Of a stretch of 64,000 nucleotides of DNA, positions 61,780 to 64,000 are shown piece after piece. Below the pieces are notes generated by a model that was not told the DNA's origin, made no database searches, and worked only from the letters and a program-made list of their open reading frames with translations. This DNA is from Nitrospirota bacterium (GTDB taxonomy: Bacteria; Nitrospirota; UBA9217). The stretch covers positions 96,001-160,000 of the forward strand of contig CAVVOB010000012.1 of NCBI GenBank assembly GCA_963749655.1, in the 5' to 3' direction. Numbering within the stretch: the stretch's first letter is position 1; the number at the start of each line of letters is the position of its first letter. The translations under genes were made by a program, and so were the position numbers.

Positions 61780-61852
61780 GCAATCCCGCAGTTCCGGGAG
61801 GTCGTTATGATTTTGTGTCCCGATAGGTCGGGATGCCGGAGGGGGCTCCACT
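61780..61852 (+). repeat. Repeat R1, copy 4 (minimal form lacking the central palindrome)
   Basis: gcaatcccgc is joined directly to agttccgggaggtcg...ggagggggctccact. Confidence 0.85.
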
Positions 61853-62129
61853 GGATCAGTTCAGGATACAGGCAGCGTCTCTCTAGCGAAAAAACAGGGA
61901 CCTGCCATTCCCCTGATCAATTTCGCGCTATATTGAGATTAAAGGATTAGTTTTCAGATTCAGATAAATGATATTTGTCCGCAGATGATCTTCGATGAAT
62001 GATTTCGTGGGAAGGCTGCGATGGCAGCGGAAAATGCAGGGAGGTTAAGGTTTTATTTTTGCCGCCTTCAACTGCGTCCATCCGCGAAATCTGCGGTTGA
62101 ATTGTTTCTGCAGGCCGGGTATTACAACC

Positions 62130-62618
62130 ATGTTTAAGAGTCTTTTTTTTGCTGTTAGTATTCTCCTGTTCCCGGCCTTGCCCGCTTCGGCTGACAGTTT
62201 TTCCTATGAAACCGGGTTGGGCTTCTATGACTCCGAGGGAAGCAGGGTGAATCTTCTGCGCTACCGGCACGACGCCGGGCCGCTTTTCGGCCTGGATGGT
62301 TTTTACGAGGCCTCCTACGCTTCCTGGAACGGTCCATACCATGACGAGGCCTTCGCCCTGGCGCGGGGAATAGAGTGGCTGAAAACAGACGACCACTATA
62401 TGAGCTTCACCCTCGGCCTGAGCCGCATCACCAGGACAACGGGGAACCTGGGAGAGCCGTTCCAATTCTACATCCGCTTCGGGTACGAAAAAACAGTCGG
62501 CAGGGCGCTCTTCTCCCTCGGCTGGATACATTATTCCGACGGGAAGCTGATCTTCGGGTGGCCGGGCAACAATAACAGCGAGAATTTCGCAACCTTCTCC
62601 GTGGGAATACTCTTATAG
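62130..62618 (+). CDS. PagL-like acyloxyacyl hydrolase beta-barrel
   Basis: Signal peptide; LGEPFQF and HYSDG...NSENF resemble the PagL H-x-S motif. Confidence 0.72.
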   Translation: MFKSLFFAVSILLFPALPASADSFSYETGLGFYDSEGSRVNLLRYRHDAGPLFGLDGFYEASYASWNGPYHDEAFALARGIEWLKTDDHYMSFTLGLSRITRTTGNLGEPFQFYIRFGYEKTVGRALFSLGWIHYSDGKLIFGWPGNNNSENFATFSVGILL

Positions 62619-62677
62619 CAGTGGAATCCCGGAACGCAGTTGATACGACGAAACTGACTATCAGGCAGGGTGTTATC

Positions 62678-63154
62678 ATGAAAATGTCCGGCAACAGGGA
62701 GCGCTCAAAAGACATTATTCGCGTTGCTGCGGTATTCGAAGCGGCAAAAGGCCTGATCGTTCTCATTACGGGCTTCGGCTTGCTGATGTTCATCCATAAG
62801 GACCTCCACGCGGTTTTCGAGCAGATCGTCCGCCACCTTCATCTGAATCCGGCCAGGCATTATCCGAGGATCTTCCTCGATGTGATCAATCATATTACCG
62901 ATGTTCAGCTGCTGGGGCTTGCCCTGTCCGCCTTTGCCTATTCCCTTGTCCGGTTTGCGGAAGCTTACGGTCTGTGGTATGAGCGGCAGTGGGCCGAATG
63001 GTTCGGTTTTCTCTCGGGAGGCATGTATATTCCAGTCGAGCTTTTCGAACTATTTCACGGCGCAACTGTCATAAAAGCAGCCATCCTGGCTGTTAATCTG
63101 TTTATCGTGGCGTTGCTGGGAAAAGCATTGTATCGGTCGAGAGAGAAAGTCTGA
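62678..63154 (+). CDS. DUF2127-family membrane protein
   Basis: FEAAKG, HLNPA, EAYGLW and YIPVELFE motifs. Confidence 0.85.
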   Translation: MKMSGNRERSKDIIRVAAVFEAAKGLIVLITGFGLLMFIHKDLHAVFEQIVRHLHLNPARHYPRIFLDVINHITDVQLLGLALSAFAYSLVRFAEAYGLWYERQWAEWFGFLSGGMYIPVELFELFHGATVIKAAILAVNLFIVALLGKALYRSREKV

Positions 63155-63473
63155 CCGCGCCTCCTTTTCCTGACAAGGTCATCCGACCGATTGATTATTA
63201 TCCGTCGGCTGTGCTGCCTCCCGCTTTTGTGAGGCCCGGCAATTATCGTTGTTCCGAAGTGGTAGAATTATACTAATGGCTGATTCTTTATTATCAGGCA
63301 TTAATCTTCTTTAACAGCCGCGGAAAGGAGGGGGCGCGAATCAAAGAACAGCAAGGAGCTGGAACTGGCGGCCCCGCTCCGGAAAGCCGGCAGGAACGGG
63401 AGATCGGTTTTTTGAACGGCGGCACTATCATTATACTGCTGCCAGATATCAACACGGAAAAAAGGAGCTCACC

Positions 63474-63914
63474 ATGAATAAGAAAAGGACAAAGAGCATC
63501 ACCATAGCAGGCGCTTTGATAACCCTGTTGTTGCTCGTCGTGGCAGGCTGCGGCGGCGGAGGAGGCGGCGGCGGTGGAACGCCTGCAGCATCCACCGTGG
63601 AGGTTGTGAACTGTGCATCGGTGGTGTCGTCAGCGACGGTGACGGCCACGGGGGCTAATGCATTTAGCCCATCTAATGTAACCATTCCTGTGAACGGCGT
63701 GGTTGAATGGGAAAGCGAAAGCAGCACCAACCATACCGTAACCAGCGGAACAGACGGTTCACAAGCCGGAGACGGAACCTTTAACCAGCCGCTTAATGCA
63801 GTATCTGTGGGAGGCACGCCCGTGTGTCTCAAGTTTACGGCGGCAGGAACATTTAATTATTATTGCTATTTTCATTTTGCCATGGGTATGAAAGGGACCG
63901 TAACCGTGCATTAA
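63474..63914 (+). CDS. Plastocyanin/cupredoxin-family lipoprotein
   Basis: Lipobox VAGC plus Gly linker; type-1 Cu ligands NHTV and CYFHFAMGM. Confidence 0.9.
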   Translation: MNKKRTKSITIAGALITLLLLVVAGCGGGGGGGGGTPAASTVEVVNCASVVSSATVTATGANAFSPSNVTIPVNGVVEWESESSTNHTVTSGTDGSQAGDGTFNQPLNAVSVGGTPVCLKFTAAGTFNYYCYFHFAMGMKGTVTVH

Positions 63915-63945
63915 AAATCGCAAGCTTCTTCAGGATCATACTATT

Positions 63946-63985
63946 CAGCCCTCCCGTACGACTACGGTCCGGAGGGCTGACTTGT
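63946..63985 (+). terminator. Putative intrinsic terminator
   Basis: tcagccctcc...ggagggctga hairpin followed by cttgttt. Confidence 0.55.
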
Positions 63986-64000
63986 TTACGTCTGATACAG

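Noticed and set aside
14191-61852. Repeats R1/R2 as a CRISPR array
   Set aside because: The copies are long and dispersed over tens of kb, with no regular repeat-spacer periodicity and no cas genes.
1-64000. tRNA, rRNA, prophage or integrase genes
   Set aside because: None were recognizable by eye; tRNAscan-SE and Infernal would be needed to exclude them fully.

Overview
A 64 kb window from a moderately GC-rich Gram-negative bacterium. Gene content and intergenic palindromes suggest Nitrospirota or Desulfobacterota, but this is inference. The GC-rich backbone encodes a sensor kinase, an M16 peptidase, aconitase, citrate synthase, an SSADH-type aldehyde dehydrogenase, acetolactate synthase, a cfa/geranylgeranyl-reductase/fatty-acid-hydroxylase lipid cluster, a SerA/DSD1/class-V aminotransferase/Fe-S cluster, a TctABC transporter, a TetR-AcrAB-OprM efflux operon and envelope genes. 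It is interrupted by AT-richer accessory units: an HD hydrolase, SIR2-TPR, an attC-bordered cassette array with DUF3800 and PIN-like genes, an IS110, BrnTA, an ADAL-like deaminase, and a c-di-GMP-I riboswitch ahead of a SLATT-like gene. Four highlights: (1) a probable sigma54 operon of a Tat-exported CmpA/NrtA-type binding protein, an MCP and a cyanase carrying a Sec signal peptide, with no ABC permease, which is a candidate periplasmic cyanate sensing/degradation system; (2) a recurring architecture of conserved promoter-bearing left motif, then cargo, then a conserved right repeat, around the accessory units; (3) a DUF3800 + PIN-like two-gene cassette that is a candidate anti-phage system; (4) a nested, Russian-doll palindromic repeat family. 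Several single-base frameshifts, mostly in homopolymers (aconitase, SRPBCC, DUF3800, IS110), look like sequencing errors. All family calls come from motif recognition by eye; no database searches were run.
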